Shown: positions 48,083-59,403, counted from the stretch's first letter. The stretch: DNA of 64,000 bases from an uncultured delta proteobacterium (GCA_963810935.1 CAWEPK010000005.1:1-64000), one strand, 5' to 3'. Numbers and translations are program-made. Notes: generated from the letters alone by a model not told the origin.

Positions 48083-49033
48083 TTACTTGCCTTGTCGCTT
48101 CCCGCGCCTGTACCACTCTATCGTCTTTTGCAGTCCTTCCCGAAAAGCCGTCTTTGCGGTAAACCCGAACTCCGCACCGGCCCTGGCGGTATCGAGCATC
48201 CTTCGGGGTTGTCCGTCCGGCCTGGCCGTATCCCAGGCTACCTTGCCGCTAAACCCTGTGAGCTCCACTATTAAAGCAACAAGGTCTTCGATCGATATCT
48301 CGAAGCCCGCCCCGATGTTCACAGGCTCGCTCTTGTTATAACGCTCCGTCGCCAGGATTACCGCCTCGGCGGCGTCCTCGACGTAGAAAAATTCCCGCGT
48401 GGCCTTGCCCGTTCCCCAGACTACGATCTCGTTCTCTCCGCTGTCAATTGCATCGACACACTTCTTAATCAGGGCCGGGATCACGTGTGAAGACGAGGGG
48501 TCGAAGTTGTCTCCCGGTCCGTAAAGGTTGACGGGCAGGAGGAAAATGGAATTGAAACCGTACTGCCGGCGATACGCCTGCGACTGGACGAGCATCATCT
48601 TTTTGGCCAGGCCGTACGGCGCGTTCGTCTCTTCAGGGTAGCCGTCCCAGAGATTGTCCTCCCTGAACGGCACGGGGGTGAACTTAGGGTAGGCGCAGAT
48701 CGTGCCGAGAGCCACGAACTTATCGATGCCGTGCGTGTAACCTTCGTGGAGGAGCTGGACCCCCATCATCGCGTTCTCGTAAAAAAGGGAGGCCGGGTTC
48801 TCCTGGTTGAAGCCTATCCCGCCCACCTTCGCCGCGAGATGAATCACTATATCCGGCCGCGTCTCCTCATAAAGACGCCGCACATCGGTCATATCGACGA
48901 GGTTGTACCCGGGCACGTCCGCTATAGCAAGGTTGCCATAGCCCAACTCCCGCATCCGCCTGACGAGATGCGTGCCGAGAAAACCCTTACCGCCGGTGAT
49001 GGTGATCCGCTTATCCTTCATCGCCGTTCGCAA
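48083..49033 (-). CDS. fcl: GDP-L-fucose synthase
   Basis: [40 protein letters not shown] and [10 protein letters not shown] motifs. Confidence 0.95.
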   Translation of the reverse strand: MRTAMKDKRITITGGKGFLGTHLVRRMRELGYGNLAIADVPGYNLVDMTDVRRLYEETRPDIVIHLAAKVGGIGFNQENPASLFYENAMMGVQLLHEGYTHGIDKFVALGTICAYPKFTPVPFREDNLWDGYPEETNAPYGLAKKMMLVQSQAYRRQYGFNSIFLLPVNLYGPGDNFDPSSSHVIPALIKKCVDAIDSGENEIVVWGTGKATREFFYVEDAAEAVILATERYNKSEPVNIGAGFEISIEDLVALIVELTGFSGKVAWDTARPDGQPRRMLDTARAGAEFGFTAKTAFREGLQKTIEWYRRGKRQGK

Positions 49034-49039
49034 GCTGCT

Positions 49040-50182
49040 TTAATGCTCCCTGATCTGCTCGTAGATCGAAAAGTCGTGGTTCGTATAGTCGAAACCCTTG
49101 CTCCTGCATGCAGCCAGGCCCTCACGTGCGGAAGACAGCCCCACCGATTGGACGTCGCAGTCAACCATAATCTTGACCAGCTCTCCGAAGGTCACCCGCG
49201 GCTCCCAGCCGAGGACGCGGCGGGCCTTCGAGATATCGGCATGGAGTGCCTCGACTTCCGTCGGCCTGAAATAGCGGGGATCGACGTGGACCAGGGCCGC
49301 GCCCGGCGCAAGGTGCTCCCATCTGGAGGAGGCGACTATGCCTACCTCGTTCACTCCCCCATCGCGCCATTCGAGCTGCACGCCCATATACGAGAAAGCC
49401 GCATCGATGAACTCCTTAACCGTGTGGCTCTCTCCTGTCCCTACAACGTAATCGTCGGGCCGCTCCTGCTGGAGCATCAGGTGCATCATCTCTACGTACT
49501 CCGGGGCAAAGCCCCAGTCGCGCAAGGCACGCAAGTTGCCCATGTAGAGTTTCTTCTGGGTACCCTTGAGGATGTTCGCCACGGCGCGGGTAATCTTGCG
49601 CGTGACGAACGTCTCGCCCCGCCTCGGCGATTCGTGGTTGAAAAGGATGCCGTTGCAGGCGAAAAGTCCATAGCCTTCCCGATAGTTGACCGCCATCCAG
49701 TAAGCATAGAGCTTCGACGCAGCGTAGGGGCTTCGAGGGTGGAAGGGCGTCTTCTCGCTCTGTGGGGGCGGCGATGCGCCGAAAAGCTCTGATGAAGAGG
49801 CCTGATAGTACCTGGTACTGATCCCGCTCCTGCGTATCGCCTCAAGGAGCCGCGTGGTCCCCATGCCGGTCGCATCTCCGGTGTACTCGGGCATATCGAA
49901 GCTCACCCTGACGTGGCTCTGCGCGCCCAGGTGGTATATCTCCTCGGGCCTGATGTTATAGACAAGGTTGCCAAGCTGACCGGAATCGGAAAGGTCGCCG
50001 TAATGGAGGAAAAGGCGTGCGCCCGGCTGGTGCGGGTCCGTGTAGATATGGTCGATCCTGCCTGTATTGAACGTACTCGCCCGTCTGATCAGGCCATGCA
50101 CCTCATAGTCCTTTGACAGGAGGAATTCCGCCAGGTAAGAGCCGTCCTGACCCGTTATGCCCGTGATAAGAGCGCGACGCAT
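49040..50182 (-). CDS. gmd: GDP-mannose 4,6-dehydratase
   Basis: [21 protein letters not shown] and [21 protein letters not shown] motifs; ATG 50182. Confidence 0.97.
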   Translation of the reverse strand: MRRALITGITGQDGSYLAEFLLSKDYEVHGLIRRASTFNTGRIDHIYTDPHQPGARLFLHYGDLSDSGQLGNLVYNIRPEEIYHLGAQSHVRVSFDMPEYTGDATGMGTTRLLEAIRRSGISTRYYQASSSELFGASPPPQSEKTPFHPRSPYAASKLYAYWMAVNYREGYGLFACNGILFNHESPRRGETFVTRKITRAVANILKGTQKKLYMGNLRALRDWGFAPEYVEMMHLMLQQERPDDYVVGTGESHTVKEFIDAAFSYMGVQLEWRDGGVNEVGIVASSRWEHLAPGAALVHVDPRYFRPTEVEALHADISKARRVLGWEPRVTFGELVKIMVDCDVQSVGLSSAREGLAACRSKGFDYTNHDFSIYEQIREH

Positions 50183-50389
50183 TGCACTACCTTCCACTTT
50201 CCTTTAACCGTGAGGATTATCATTCCCCCAGGCTGCGCGAAGTAACTTAATACGAACCTATAGAAGCGTAAATAGTATTTATCTTATTACAAAGTCCCGA
50301 CGACAGGCAAATAATATCGAACCGGGCAGATATCGACTACGCGCCCTTTTCGCATCTTTTCGCTTGCTTTTTGCCTCTCAGGCGTTAAA

Positions 50390-50743
50390 ATGGGTAAGGC
50401 AAAGGCCATGCATATACTGATAAACTGGTTCGTCACTACCGTCGCAATCCTTATCGCCGCCTATCTTCTGCCCGGAATCGCCATCAAGGGCCTGGCAGCC
50501 GCCATTGTTGCCGCCCTCGTCCTGGGTCTTATCAATGCAGTCATCAAGCCCGTGCTTATCATCCTGACCCTGCCCCTAAACATCCTTACCCTCGGTCTTT
50601 TCACATTCGTGCTGAATGCCCTGCTCGTCCTTCTGACGAGCGCCATCGTCCCGGGCTTCTACGTGCGAAGCTTCCTGTGGGCCCTCCTTTTCAGCTTTGT
50701 TTTTTCAATAGTGAGCTTCGTTATCCATCGCATAGTAGGTTAG
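50390..50743 (+). CDS. Phage holin family 4-TM membrane protein (YvlD-like)
   Basis: INAVIKPVLIILTLPLNILTLGLFTFVLNA. Confidence 0.88.
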   Translation: MGKAKAMHILINWFVTTVAILIAAYLLPGIAIKGLAAAIVAALVLGLINAVIKPVLIILTLPLNILTLGLFTFVLNALLVLLTSAIVPGFYVRSFLWALLFSFVFSIVSFVIHRIVG

Positions 50744-50867
50744 GCAGTTTCTCCTCCTTTTGTGCCGCATTACCACTTTCTTTCCTTTTCTTTCCGCTGG
50801 GATTGACATGCCCCGAAACATAATTACATTACGATTAATTTTTCGGTATGAAAGGAGGTTAGAAAGA

Positions 50868-51208
50868 ATGAACAGAAACAGGATTTTCATCATCATGCTC
50901 GTCCTCGGTCTCATGGCCGCGTGGTCCCTCGGTGTCTCCGATGCGCTCGCGGGAGGCAAGAAAAGCCAGGACCAGCAGAACCAGCAGAGCAGTGGCTCGG
51001 ACCGCTCGATGACGAACTCGGCATCGAGCCCTGACGCGAGCGGGGCGACCGGCAGGCTCAAACAGTAACATGGGCTCGCGGGCGGCTCCCCAGGGAAGCA
51101 GCGGGGGGTATGGCGCCGGCTCCAGCGGGATGTCCTCCAGCGGAAGCAGCAACCCGAACAACCCGAGCAACCCACCGAGCAGGCTCTACCGACTCCAGTA
51201 CAAGGTGA
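50868..51208 (+). CDS. Small secreted Ser/Gly/Asn-rich protein (two apparent +1 frameshifts)
   Basis: AGGAGG RBS and signal peptide ending ALA; the low-complexity composition continues across the shifts at 51056 and 51183. Confidence 0.65.
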
Positions 51209-51356
51209 GCTGCAAAAAGAAGGGCGCCCGACTTTCCGCAAGACGTCCTCGAATAGGACAGGCAGGTAAAGAAAGGCCACCCCGTTGCGACATCACAGTC
51301 GGCGCGGGGTGGCCCGTGCAATGCTGGTTTCTTCTTTTTTGCGGCCTCTCTTTCGG

Positions 51357-52560
51357 CTACAATTCTATTAGGTCGATGGGTGTGCCGGTAACACGCTCCA
51401 GCTTCTCTTTACGGGCGATGAAATCGACTTCTATGCCTATTGCGCCTTTGCCCGGAAAGACGAATTTGGGCTCGAAGGCAAACACGTGGCCTTCAACGAG
51501 CATCCTTTTGTGGCGCCCCGTTACAACCGGCAGCTCGTTGATCTCAAGACCGAGCCCGTGGCCGATGAAGGATACCCGCTCGGGGCCGAAGCCCATAAAA
51601 TGCTGCTCCAGGCCGGCTTTTTTCGCAGCCGCGTAAGCCCTTTCGTATATGGCGGTGCAGTCTACGCCCTCTTTTCCGAAGGACCCCGCATCCTCCACGA
51701 TCTCCCGCGCGACCTCGAACGGTTTCCGGAACGTCTCGTCCAATGGCCCGACTACAAAAGACCTCGTCTCGTCCGTGATATAGCCGTTGTAGCCGCCGCC
51801 GTAATCGACCAGGACGGGGATGCCTTTTTGCACTGCGTGCATCGATGACCCCTGGGCAATTGCAGGTGTGACACCGAGGCCCGCAATAGGCACATCGCCC
51901 GCAGAAGCTACCGTCCCCGAGTATCCGGCCGTGACGTACAGGTTCATCATCTCCTGGTTGAGGCCCCTCATCCGCAGCATTCCCTGGTGGCCGTGCCGCC
52001 GGCCGGCCGCTACCAGCGCAGCGTCGATGTCGACCTCTCTCACGCCCTCTCTTATGACCTTCGGCGCTTCGGCGAAGATTGCATCACAGATGGCCCCCGA
52101 CCGGCGCACCTGCTCGATCTCGAACGGGCTTTTTACGATCCGGAGTCTCTTTTATAAGGTCTGATACGTCCACAAAATCGTTGAAGCCCATAAGGCCGCA
52201 AAGCCTCTGAAAAACCGCTACAGGGACGACGTCGAACTCCATGCCGCCCTTCCCCTTGAGGATCCCTTTTGCCCGGAGCGCATTCGCCATATCCCTGTCG
52301 CTCTTCGCTTCCATGACTGCAAGGGGCGTCTCCACCCGCGCGCGTCCTACGCTCCTTGCGACGAAGTAGAGCGGCTCGTCGTCGAGCGGGACGACGAGGG
52401 TGGCCCTCTGGGTCGAGCCGGTGAAATAGAATAGATCGACGTGCTGCACTATCACGCAGAAATCGATCCCCGACTTCGCCATCAGCGCCTTCAGGCCTGC
52501 TATCCTTGCGGCGATTTCTTCCTTAGGCGTGTGCTCACCCGCGGCGTGCTCTCTCAACAT
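51357..52560 (-). CDS. Xaa-Pro peptidase family M24 (apparent +1 frameshift near 52146)
   Basis: Creatinase-N domain, then [28 protein letters not shown] and EPK. The start may be further upstream, overlapping the proS end. Confidence 0.88.
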
Positions 52561-54247
52561 GCTCCATCACCTTTCCGAAGACGTCTTCTTTCCGCACCCT
52601 GACGGGCGCTTCCTCGGCGCGCAGCTTGATATCGACGTTTCCTTCCTTGAGGCCCCTTTCGCCTACCGTGACGCGCAGGGGTATGCCGATAAGGTCGCAG
52701 TCCTTGAACTTGACGCCCGGCCTTTCGTCCCTGTCGTCCAAGAGAGTATCGACCCCGGCCGCCGAAAGGGCGCCGTAAAGGTCCGTGGCTATTTCCATGC
52801 TCTCGGCGTGGGACGTGTTTACAGGCAGGACCTCCACCTCGAAAGGCGCGATGGCGAAAGGCAGCGCGATGCCGTTGGCGTCATGGTTCTGCTCGATGGC
52901 CGCCGCAACCGTCCTACCCACCCCTATGCCGTAACAGCCCATGACGAACGGCCGTTCCTGTCCTTCGGAATCAAGGAAGGTCGCATTCATCGCCTCGCTG
53001 TATTTCGTCCCCAGCTTGAAGATATGGCCGACCTCGATGCCCCGTGTTGCGGTGAGGCGGCCGCCGCAGCGCGGGCACGCATCGCCGGCGCGCGCCACCT
53101 TGAGGTCGTAATAGCCTTCGACTTTGAAATCTGCGGGGTTGACTCCCGTTATATGGACATCCTTTTCGTTTCCGCCTACGACGAAATCCTCCATCGAAAG
53201 GATGTCGTTGTCTGCAAAAAGAGGGATGGAAAGGCCGATGGGGCCTGAAAAACCCAGGGGTCCGCCGGTGGCCTCTTCTATGATCGACTCGCCCGTAAGC
53301 TCAACGAATTTGAAGCCGGCGACGTTCTTGAGCTTGATCGGGTTTATCTCCCTGTCGCCCGCCACAAGGGCGCCCACAACCCCCCTGTCCGTCATAAAGA
53401 GAAGCGTCTTTACGAGCTTATCCGGGGGCACATCCAGGAATGCGGCCACTTCCTCAACCCGTTTCTTACCCGGCGTCTCCACGCGCTTATACGACCCGCC
53501 CGCCTTTTTCGCTGAAACCGGGGCAGCGGCCCCGACCTCGGCCCGCTCCAGGTTCGCCCCATAGTCGCAGGAATCGCAAGAGATGATAGTATCCTCGCCC
53601 GTGTCGGCAAGGACCATGAACTCATGCGAGAACTTGCCGCCTATCTCTCCCGTGTCTGCCTCTACTGCGCGGAACCGGAGGCTGCACCGCCTGAAAATGT
53701 TCTCGTAAGCGTGGTACATCTCCATGTAGCTCTTTTCCGCCCCCCGCTCGTCCGCGTCAAAGCTGTAAGCGTCCTTCATGATGAACTCTCTGGAGCGCAT
53801 CACGCCGAACCTGGGCCTTATCTCGTCGCGGAACTTCGTCTGTATCTGGTAAAGGTTGCGGGGCAGCTCGCGATATGAGCGCAGTTCCTTCCGAACGAGG
53901 TCGGTAATAACTTCTTCGTGCGTCGGGGCGAGGCAAAGCTCCCTGTCGTTCCGGTCTCTGAACCGCAAGAGCTCTTTGCCGTAGAAGTCCCACCTGCCGC
54001 TCTCCACCCACAGCTCTTTCGGCTGCACGGCAGGCATCAGTATCTCCTGTGCCCCGGCACGGTCCATTTCTTCTCTTATGATCCGCTCCACCTTCCGCAA
54101 CGACTTGAGGCCCAGCGGCAGCCACGTGTAGATGCCGGCGGAAAGCCGCCTTATAAAACCTGAGCGGAGCATAAGCTTGTGGCTTACTACTTCAGCCTCC
54201 TTCGGCTCCTCCTTCATCGTCGGCAAGAACATGCGAGAGAACAACAT
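52535..54247 (-). CDS. proS: Proline--tRNA ligase
   Basis: [27 protein letters not shown] and MGCYGIG motifs; INS editing domain present. Confidence 0.98.
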   Translation of the reverse strand: MLFSRMFLPTMKEEPKEAEVVSHKLMLRSGFIRRLSAGIYTWLPLGLKSLRKVERIIREEMDRAGAQEILMPAVQPKELWVESGRWDFYGKELLRFRDRNDRELCLAPTHEEVITDLVRKELRSYRELPRNLYQIQTKFRDEIRPRFGVMRSREFIMKDAYSFDADERGAEKSYMEMYHAYENIFRRCSLRFRAVEADTGEIGGKFSHEFMVLADTGEDTIISCDSCDYGANLERAEVGAAAPVSAKKAGGSYKRVETPGKKRVEEVAAFLDVPPDKLVKTLLFMTDRGVVGALVAGDREINPIKLKNVAGFKFVELTGESIIEEATGGPLGFSGPIGLSIPLFADNDILSMEDFVVGGNEKDVHITGVNPADFKVEGYYDLKVARAGDACPRCGGRLTATRGIEVGHIFKLGTKYSEAMNATFLDSEGQERPFVMGCYGIGVGRTVAAAIEQNHDANGIALPFAIAPFEVEVLPVNTSHAESMEIATDLYGALSAAGVDTLLDDRDERPGVKFKDCDLIGIPLRVTVGERGLKEGNVDIKLRAEEAPVRVRKEDVFGKVMEHVERARRG

Positions 54248-54297
54248 CGGCTTACCCCCAGTCTTTAAAAGTCCGTCCTGCGTCTGTTTTTCAGAAG

Positions 54298-54715
54298 CTA
54301 TTTTGCTACGGCGTAACCCCTGGCCGTCCAGGCAGGGTAGCCGCCCGAAAGCAGCCCGACCTTCAGATAGCCTAAATTCAGGGCCGCGACCGCGGCCTGT
54401 TTGCTAGAATCTCAGGCCAACCCCCTGCAATAGAAGACAACTTCTGTCTCCTTGTCGGCAGGGAGCAGCGTAGAAAGCTTTTCGAACTCGTACGGCGGTA
54501 TATTGACCGCCCCCGGCAGGTGGCCCTCCTGCCTGTATTCATATTCGGTCCTCGTATCGACCACAAAAGGCCCGCGGCCCGCTTCGATCCTCTCCTTGAG
54601 CCTGCTCAGGGGTCAGGTTCTCGATGCGCCCCTGCTGTCCGACCGTTGCGCAGGAAAAGGCAAGCAACGCGGCCAGTAAACAGAGGGCGGCAGACGCATG
54701 GCGACCCGGTTTCAT
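54298..54715 (-). CDS. Rhodanese-domain lipoprotein with in-frame UGA (predicted selenocysteine); apparent +1 frameshift near 54601
   Basis: Lipobox AFSC, VVDTR..EY...[29 protein letters not shown] and LSGGYPAW; not present in the ORF track. Confidence 0.8.
54375..54411 (-). promoter_or_regulatory. Bacterial SECIS-like hairpin
   Basis: GGCCGC-GGTC-GCGGCC stem-loop (54382-54397); the G-starting apical loop is 20 nt after the UGA. Confidence 0.7.
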
Positions 54716-54851
54716 GTGTTAAATCTAACAAATAACGGGCTTATTGTCACTATTTCCCGGCCGTAAGGCGGCCGCTGCCGCTTCAGGCCAGCCGGTAAGG
54801 ACCCCAAACACATGTTGTCGAAGGATTTGCGCCGTGGTAGGATAGGAGCTT

Positions 54852-55316
54852 ATGAATCCTATCGACGACAAGCCGGCAATGGACGAAACGGTCATATACC
54901 GGACAAAATGCCATGGGGCCATGATGCTCGGGCCGATAGTGGTTGTTATCATAGGGTGTCTGGCCTTGCGCTCGCAAGGGTTCAACGCAGGGGTGCTCAT
55001 TGCTTTCGGCCTGATCTGGGGCGCCCTCGCATACAATATCCTGCGCCGGTCGCACCTGGAGCTGACCCGCTCCGGCGTTTCGATCACAGCCGGTTTTCCG
55101 GTACCGGTGCATTACGATATCCCCACGGCCAGGATAGAAGCGATCGATTTTTACCAGCCGGCTCTCGGCTCGATGCTCGATTTCGGCAAGGTCCTCATCG
55201 TCGATAAACAGCGGGGGAAAAGTATTATCAAATTCGTCTCGGGCCCAGCGGAATTCGTGATGAGGGTCCGCGAGCAACTGATCGCACTCGCAGCGCCGCC
55301 CACGGACAACCCGTAG
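54852..55316 (+). CDS. Membrane protein with a bacterial PH-like domain
   Basis: Two TM helices then ELTRSGVSITAG...IEAIDFYQPALGSMLDFGKV. Confidence 0.7.
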   Translation: MNPIDDKPAMDETVIYRTKCHGAMMLGPIVVVIIGCLALRSQGFNAGVLIAFGLIWGALAYNILRRSHLELTRSGVSITAGFPVPVHYDIPTARIEAIDFYQPALGSMLDFGKVLIVDKQRGKSIIKFVSGPAEFVMRVREQLIALAAPPTDNP

Positions 55317-55330
55317 CTCTGTCCGCCGAA

Positions 55331-55807
55331 TTACAGGGATTTCACCTTTTCAGCCAGTAATGAGGCAAAGACAAATTTCTTGTCCAGGCGGTATTTGGTG
55401 AGATAGCCGATAGTCAGACCCAGCACTGCGCCTGCGTATTTCGCTTTGCCGGACTGGAAAACCGCGTTAAAAGCAAGCTCCGAGCCCCAGAAGATCATCG
55501 TCGTAATAATACCCATCGCCGAATAGAGGACGAAGCGGCAGACGTCGTCGGTGCGCGTCTCCACCCGGACATAGAAAATGTACTTCTTGTCCAGCACGTA
55601 TTTCACGAGCAGACCGGCCAGGGTGCCGATTGCCATGGCAGCGTAGAGGGCCGGAGGGCCGCTATAGAGGGCAAGAGTGAAGCGCTGGGCTGCCACATTG
55701 GTTAAGATGGCGATACCGGCAAAAAACGCATACTTTGTCGCTAGCAGCAAATTACCCGATCCTGCACCCATAGGGTCCTTTTCAGTAGATAATGATCCCG
55801 AACGCAA
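55331..55807 (-). CDS. GtrA-family small flippase-like membrane protein
   Basis: 4 TM with a repeated KYVLDKKYIF / KYRLDKKFVF motif; the start may be ATG 55771. Confidence 0.8.
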   Translation of the reverse strand: MRSGSLSTEKDPMGAGSGNLLLATKYAFFAGIAILTNVAAQRFTLALYSGPPALYAAMAIGTLAGLLVKYVLDKKYIFYVRVETRTDDVCRFVLYSAMGIITTMIFWGSELAFNAVFQSGKAKYAGAVLGLTIGYLTKYRLDKKFVFASLLAEKVKSL

Positions 55808-56645
55808 CCAGCCAGGCGACGAGGATGGATTGGATAAATCGGTCCTTCAGAAGGACGTCGGTGGGCGAACCCGATCCGTTCCCTACGAGGGCTACCTGCA
55901 TGTACCTGAGAACGCCGAGGATCACAAATAAAGAGGTGAGAAATAGCTTGTCCGTCTGGAATTTCTCGATGACATCGGGCGACTTGGTGTACATGATGTA
56001 GCAGACGATGGTTACAGCGGCCATAGCCATCATCGCCGAATCGATAAACGCCAGATTATAACCGTCAATGACCTTTCTCGTCTTTACGTCCGTCTCGTTG
56101 AATATCAGCACGTCATTCCTGCGCTTGCCGAGGGCGAGGAACATGGCAAGCAGGAACGTCATGAGGATTATCCAGGAAGAGACCGGCACTCCCGTCGCCG
56201 TGCCGCCTGCGTATACGCGGATGACGAAACCGCAGGCGATTATGAAGATATCGAGCACCGGCACGTGCTTGAGCCCCAGTGTGTACGCAACATTTACGAG
56301 CGTATAAACAATGCAGGGATAGAACGCGTTTTTCTCGAAGAAGAAAGCCGCCGCGAGGCCCGCTGCCTGGAGCAGCACCATTGTCGTGATTGCCGTTTGT
56401 CTGGAGATGCGGCCTGCCGGGATAGGCCGGTTCCTTTTTACAGGATGGAGCCGGTCGGCGGACACGTCTAAAAGGTCGTTGAAAATGTATACCGAGCTTG
56501 CAACGGAGCAGAACATGAGGAAGGCAACGACCGCCTTGCCTATCAAGTCGAACTCGACGAACCGACCGGCGAAGAATAACGGCAGAAAAATGAACAGGTT
56601 CTTCGAATACTGGGAGGGACGCAGGATGCGGACGATATCGCCCAA
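55782..56645 (-). CDS. UbiA-family polyprenyl-phosphate phosphoribosyltransferase
   Basis: RPSQYSKN, YIFNDLLDVSADRLHPVKRNRPI, LKHVPVLD and LALGKRR motifs. Confidence 0.9.
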   Translation of the reverse strand: MGDIVRILRPSQYSKNLFIFLPLFFAGRFVEFDLIGKAVVAFLMFCSVASSVYIFNDLLDVSADRLHPVKRNRPIPAGRISRQTAITTMVLLQAAGLAAAFFFEKNAFYPCIVYTLVNVAYTLGLKHVPVLDIFIIACGFVIRVYAGGTATGVPVSSWIILMTFLLAMFLALGKRRNDVLIFNETDVKTRKVIDGYNLAFIDSAMMAMAAVTIVCYIMYTKSPDVIEKFQTDKLFLTSLFVILGVLRYMQVALVGNGSGSPTDVLLKDRFIQSILVAWLVAFGIIIY

Positions 56646-56658
56646 GGATGCCTCTTTT

Positions 56659-57751
56659 TTAGCTTTCGGGGTACTGCTCGAAGAGCCGCCCCCATTTAGT
56701 ACCGCCCACGTGCGCTTTCTGGATGCTCTTGCCTTTGGTCGGCCACCAGCAATAGTCGTGGTACAGGAATGAGCCCAATATCAGGCAGTATACGAGCGGG
56801 GTGTGCGTAAAGAGGTTCTGAATAGGCTTGAACGGCCCGAACCAGAGCGAATCCCCCACTTTGCTCGCCAGGTTATCGCCGACGGAGAAACGGAAGTCGA
56901 TCTTCGAGATATCCTCACCCACGACCTCTATCTCACCCGGCTTGCCCACACCCAGCCCGTCCTCGTGGGCCATGCGGATGTACGGTATGCTCATAGGATC
57001 GAACCCCATCATTTTTGCAGCCACCGCGTCGATCGCTACACAGTCCGCCCCGGCCAGGACATAGTCTTTTTCGACGGGTATCATTGTCCTCGGCCCCGGA
57101 CCGTTCCCGCAGATCGTCCCGTCCATCACGGCGAATATACCCGTATGTATCTCCTTCTGGATGGCAAGAAGGTCGACAAGCGTCTCATGTATCCAGCTAT
57201 GCGTATAATGGCGCTTCGTGTTGAGGAGACCGCCGAAGGCATTCTTCATCGCCCCAGTAGTGGTCGTATAGATGTGGGTCTTCACTGTCGGCAGGTGCAC
57301 GATATTCTTCCCGATAAAATAATCGGGTATCCGTATCCCCTCGGGATAAATACGGTCGAGGGACCTCATCTTCGCCTTGGGCTTATAGACGGTCCAGGTG
57401 ATATCCTCAGGGAGAAAATTATACAGCTCCCGTATGCCGTACTTCTTGTAGACCGGCGTTAGCCTGTTCAGGACCCCGCCTTTTACCGGGTTGGTAACCA
57501 CGGTGTTATTGTGCACGGCGACAATGTTCCCTAACCCCGCGGCCTTGAGCGCAAGGATCACCCCCTCGAGCCTGCCAGGGCGTCGTGTTGGCGCTGAGGT
57601 AGGGGAAGTGCCAGGAGATATTGTCCTTGAGGATCGTCTCTCCGTCTTTCGGGAGGAAATCTTTCATCCCGGCCGACTGCATCACCTTCTCGATATCGTC
57701 GAGCACGCCCGCCGGCTTTGTCTTGATTACAGCTACTATAGGCTTTGCCAT
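56659..57751 (-). CDS. DUF362-family protein (apparent +1 frameshift near 57571)
   Basis: LKDNISW...TTPWQ[L]EGVI, LPTVKTH..TTGAMKNAFG, GNGPGP and DCVAIDAV motifs. Confidence 0.85.
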
Positions 57752-57869
57752 TCCGTGACAGCTCCAACCTCATTCTTATCGGACATTACGTACCACAGGG
57801 CAAGCGATAATAGCAAGCGCAAAATAGAGTACAACCCCTCGCAACACCTCGGGAAACGCACCCGGCAGC

Positions 57870-58481
57870 CTAAGAGCCGGCCTTCTCCTTGGCAAGGTTG
57901 CGCAGGGGTCTCGGAAAACCTTCCGGGTACGTAAGGTGGGCCTCAAAGAGGGCGTGCATCTGGCGGACCATCAACCTCGCCGAGGCGACCGCGACCGCGT
58001 CCTTCGCTATCACTCCTTTTTCCACGGCCCACGCCATTGCGAACTCGGCCGTAAACATGTGGTTGTAGCTGAAATACATGTGGAAGGGGTTAGACGCGCT
58101 TACGCAGCCCCGGGTCGCGGCGACGAGTATCAACCCGCCGATCTTGCCCGCCTGTTGAAGCGTAGGGAAGGTAAGGGCGTAGGTGCGGTCGAGGGCATTC
58201 TTGGTCAGACCCGACATCGACCAGAAGTAGACGGGGCTGGCCCAGATGATCCCGTCGGCCTCCCGTATCTCCCTGTGAAGCTCTTGCATGTCGTCATTGA
58301 TGACGCATTCACCTGTCCGGACGCATCCCATGCACCCGTGGCAGGGGGCTATTGCCTTATCACGCAGGACGAACCTGGACACGCTGTTTCCCGTCTGCTG
58401 CGCCTCCTGCAATGCCTCGTCCAGAAGGACCTCCGTGTTGCCGCCTTTCCTCATGCTCCCCAGGATACCGAGAACCTTCAT
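57870..58481 (-). CDS. Iron-sulfur flavoprotein / NADPH-dependent FMN reductase family
   Basis: GSMRKGGNT, CHGCMGCVRTGEC and ASPVYF motifs. Confidence 0.9.
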   Translation of the reverse strand: MKVLGILGSMRKGGNTEVLLDEALQEAQQTGNSVSRFVLRDKAIAPCHGCMGCVRTGECVINDDMQELHREIREADGIIWASPVYFWSMSGLTKNALDRTYALTFPTLQQAGKIGGLILVAATRGCVSASNPFHMYFSYNHMFTAEFAMAWAVEKGVIAKDAVAVASARLMVRQMHALFEAHLTYPEGFPRPLRNLAKEKAGS

Positions 58482-58552
58482 GTTCCACCTCCTTGCATAC
58501 GCTTGCTTTAATGCCCTGCTGCCTATTTATCCACACCCGTTGGGCGGCGATC

Positions 58553-58580
58553 AAAAAAGGCGGCCTCGTACGAGGCCGCC
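58553..58580 (-). terminator. Rho-independent terminator
   Basis: GGCGGCCTCG/CGAGGCCGCC stem followed by T6 on the minus strand, just after the 58602 gene. Confidence 0.85.
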
Positions 58581-58601
58581 GCGAAATAGACGTTCTGCTC
58601 G

Positions 58602-59342
58602 TCAGGAGCGCTTTCCGGCCGGTGCGATGCCCCCGCACGTATCCATGAAGAGACGGTCTTCGGTCGTATCGTCGTAAAAACGGGACCACGAGGTGGGCGT
58701 TTTCGACGTCTCGTGCCTGCCGTCCCAGTAAATGCCTTCTGTTTCCATGGTCCTGTACCTGCTTTTGCGGCAATCTACTTCCTCCCGGGATATGATCTCT
58801 TTCTGGTATGAACCATCGGAGAAAGTCCTTCTGCGCCAGAACTGAAGCGTGCCGTCAGACCCACGGGTGATGCTGCGCCTGTCGAAGAGAAGGCTTACGC
58901 CGCTCGCACTCATCCCGACGACTTCCCACCGCCTCTCCCTCGGCTGCCCGGGCGCCTGGTCGACTTCCTCCTGCAGAAGGCCCTCGTTCACCTCCTGCTC
59001 GAGCTGGGCGAGCCGCTTCCTCAACGCGTCCGTCTCCTTTTTCTCTATGGCCAGCCTTTCCTTTATGGCCTGGTCACGGCTTTGCAGATAATCGTCTTTC
59101 TTGAGCCAGATAAACTCGGGCTGATAGGGATCGGACATGTACCGGTTGTTCCGGGTATAGACGTATTCGACGCCGCTTACGACCTTCCTGTCTCCCTCGC
59201 TGGGCCCTACGGCATTCTTTTCTTTGGCAGCCTGCTTCGCATCACCGCCCGGCCCGCCGAATGCCCAGTCATGTAGCGTCGTGCAGGAAGCGAGGAACAA
59301 CGCACAGAGCACAACCAACAACAACGCCGGACGGGAAGACAT
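58602..59342 (-). CDS. Hypothetical lipoprotein
   Basis: Lipobox LASC, coiled coil, and a C-terminal FDRRSI...EVDC...C domain resembling surface-adhesin E-like domains; ATG 59342. Confidence 0.7.
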   Translation of the reverse strand: MSSRPALLLVVLCALFLASCTTLHDWAFGGPGGDAKQAAKEKNAVGPSEGDRKVVSGVEYVYTRNNRYMSDPYQPEFIWLKKDDYLQSRDQAIKERLAIEKKETDALRKRLAQLEQEVNEGLLQEEVDQAPGQPRERRWEVVGMSASGVSLLFDRRSITRGSDGTLQFWRRRTFSDGSYQKEIISREEVDCRKSRYRTMETEGIYWDGRHETSKTPTSWSRFYDDTTEDRLFMDTCGGIAPAGKRS

Positions 59343-59403
59343 ATTCACCTCCAGGAAACATATGCCGGCGCCCCGACTCGGGATCTCTTTCCGGCACGAC
59401 ATC

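Noticed and set aside
50390..50743. Prophage suggested by the holin-family gene
   Set aside because: This 4-TM family is commonly chromosomal, and no other phage genes are nearby.
27710..57751. Calling the frameshifted genes pseudogenes or programmed frameshifts
   Set aside because: Both halves are otherwise intact, there are no slippery heptamers, and most shifts share the AG^CT context, so sequencing error is more parsimonious.
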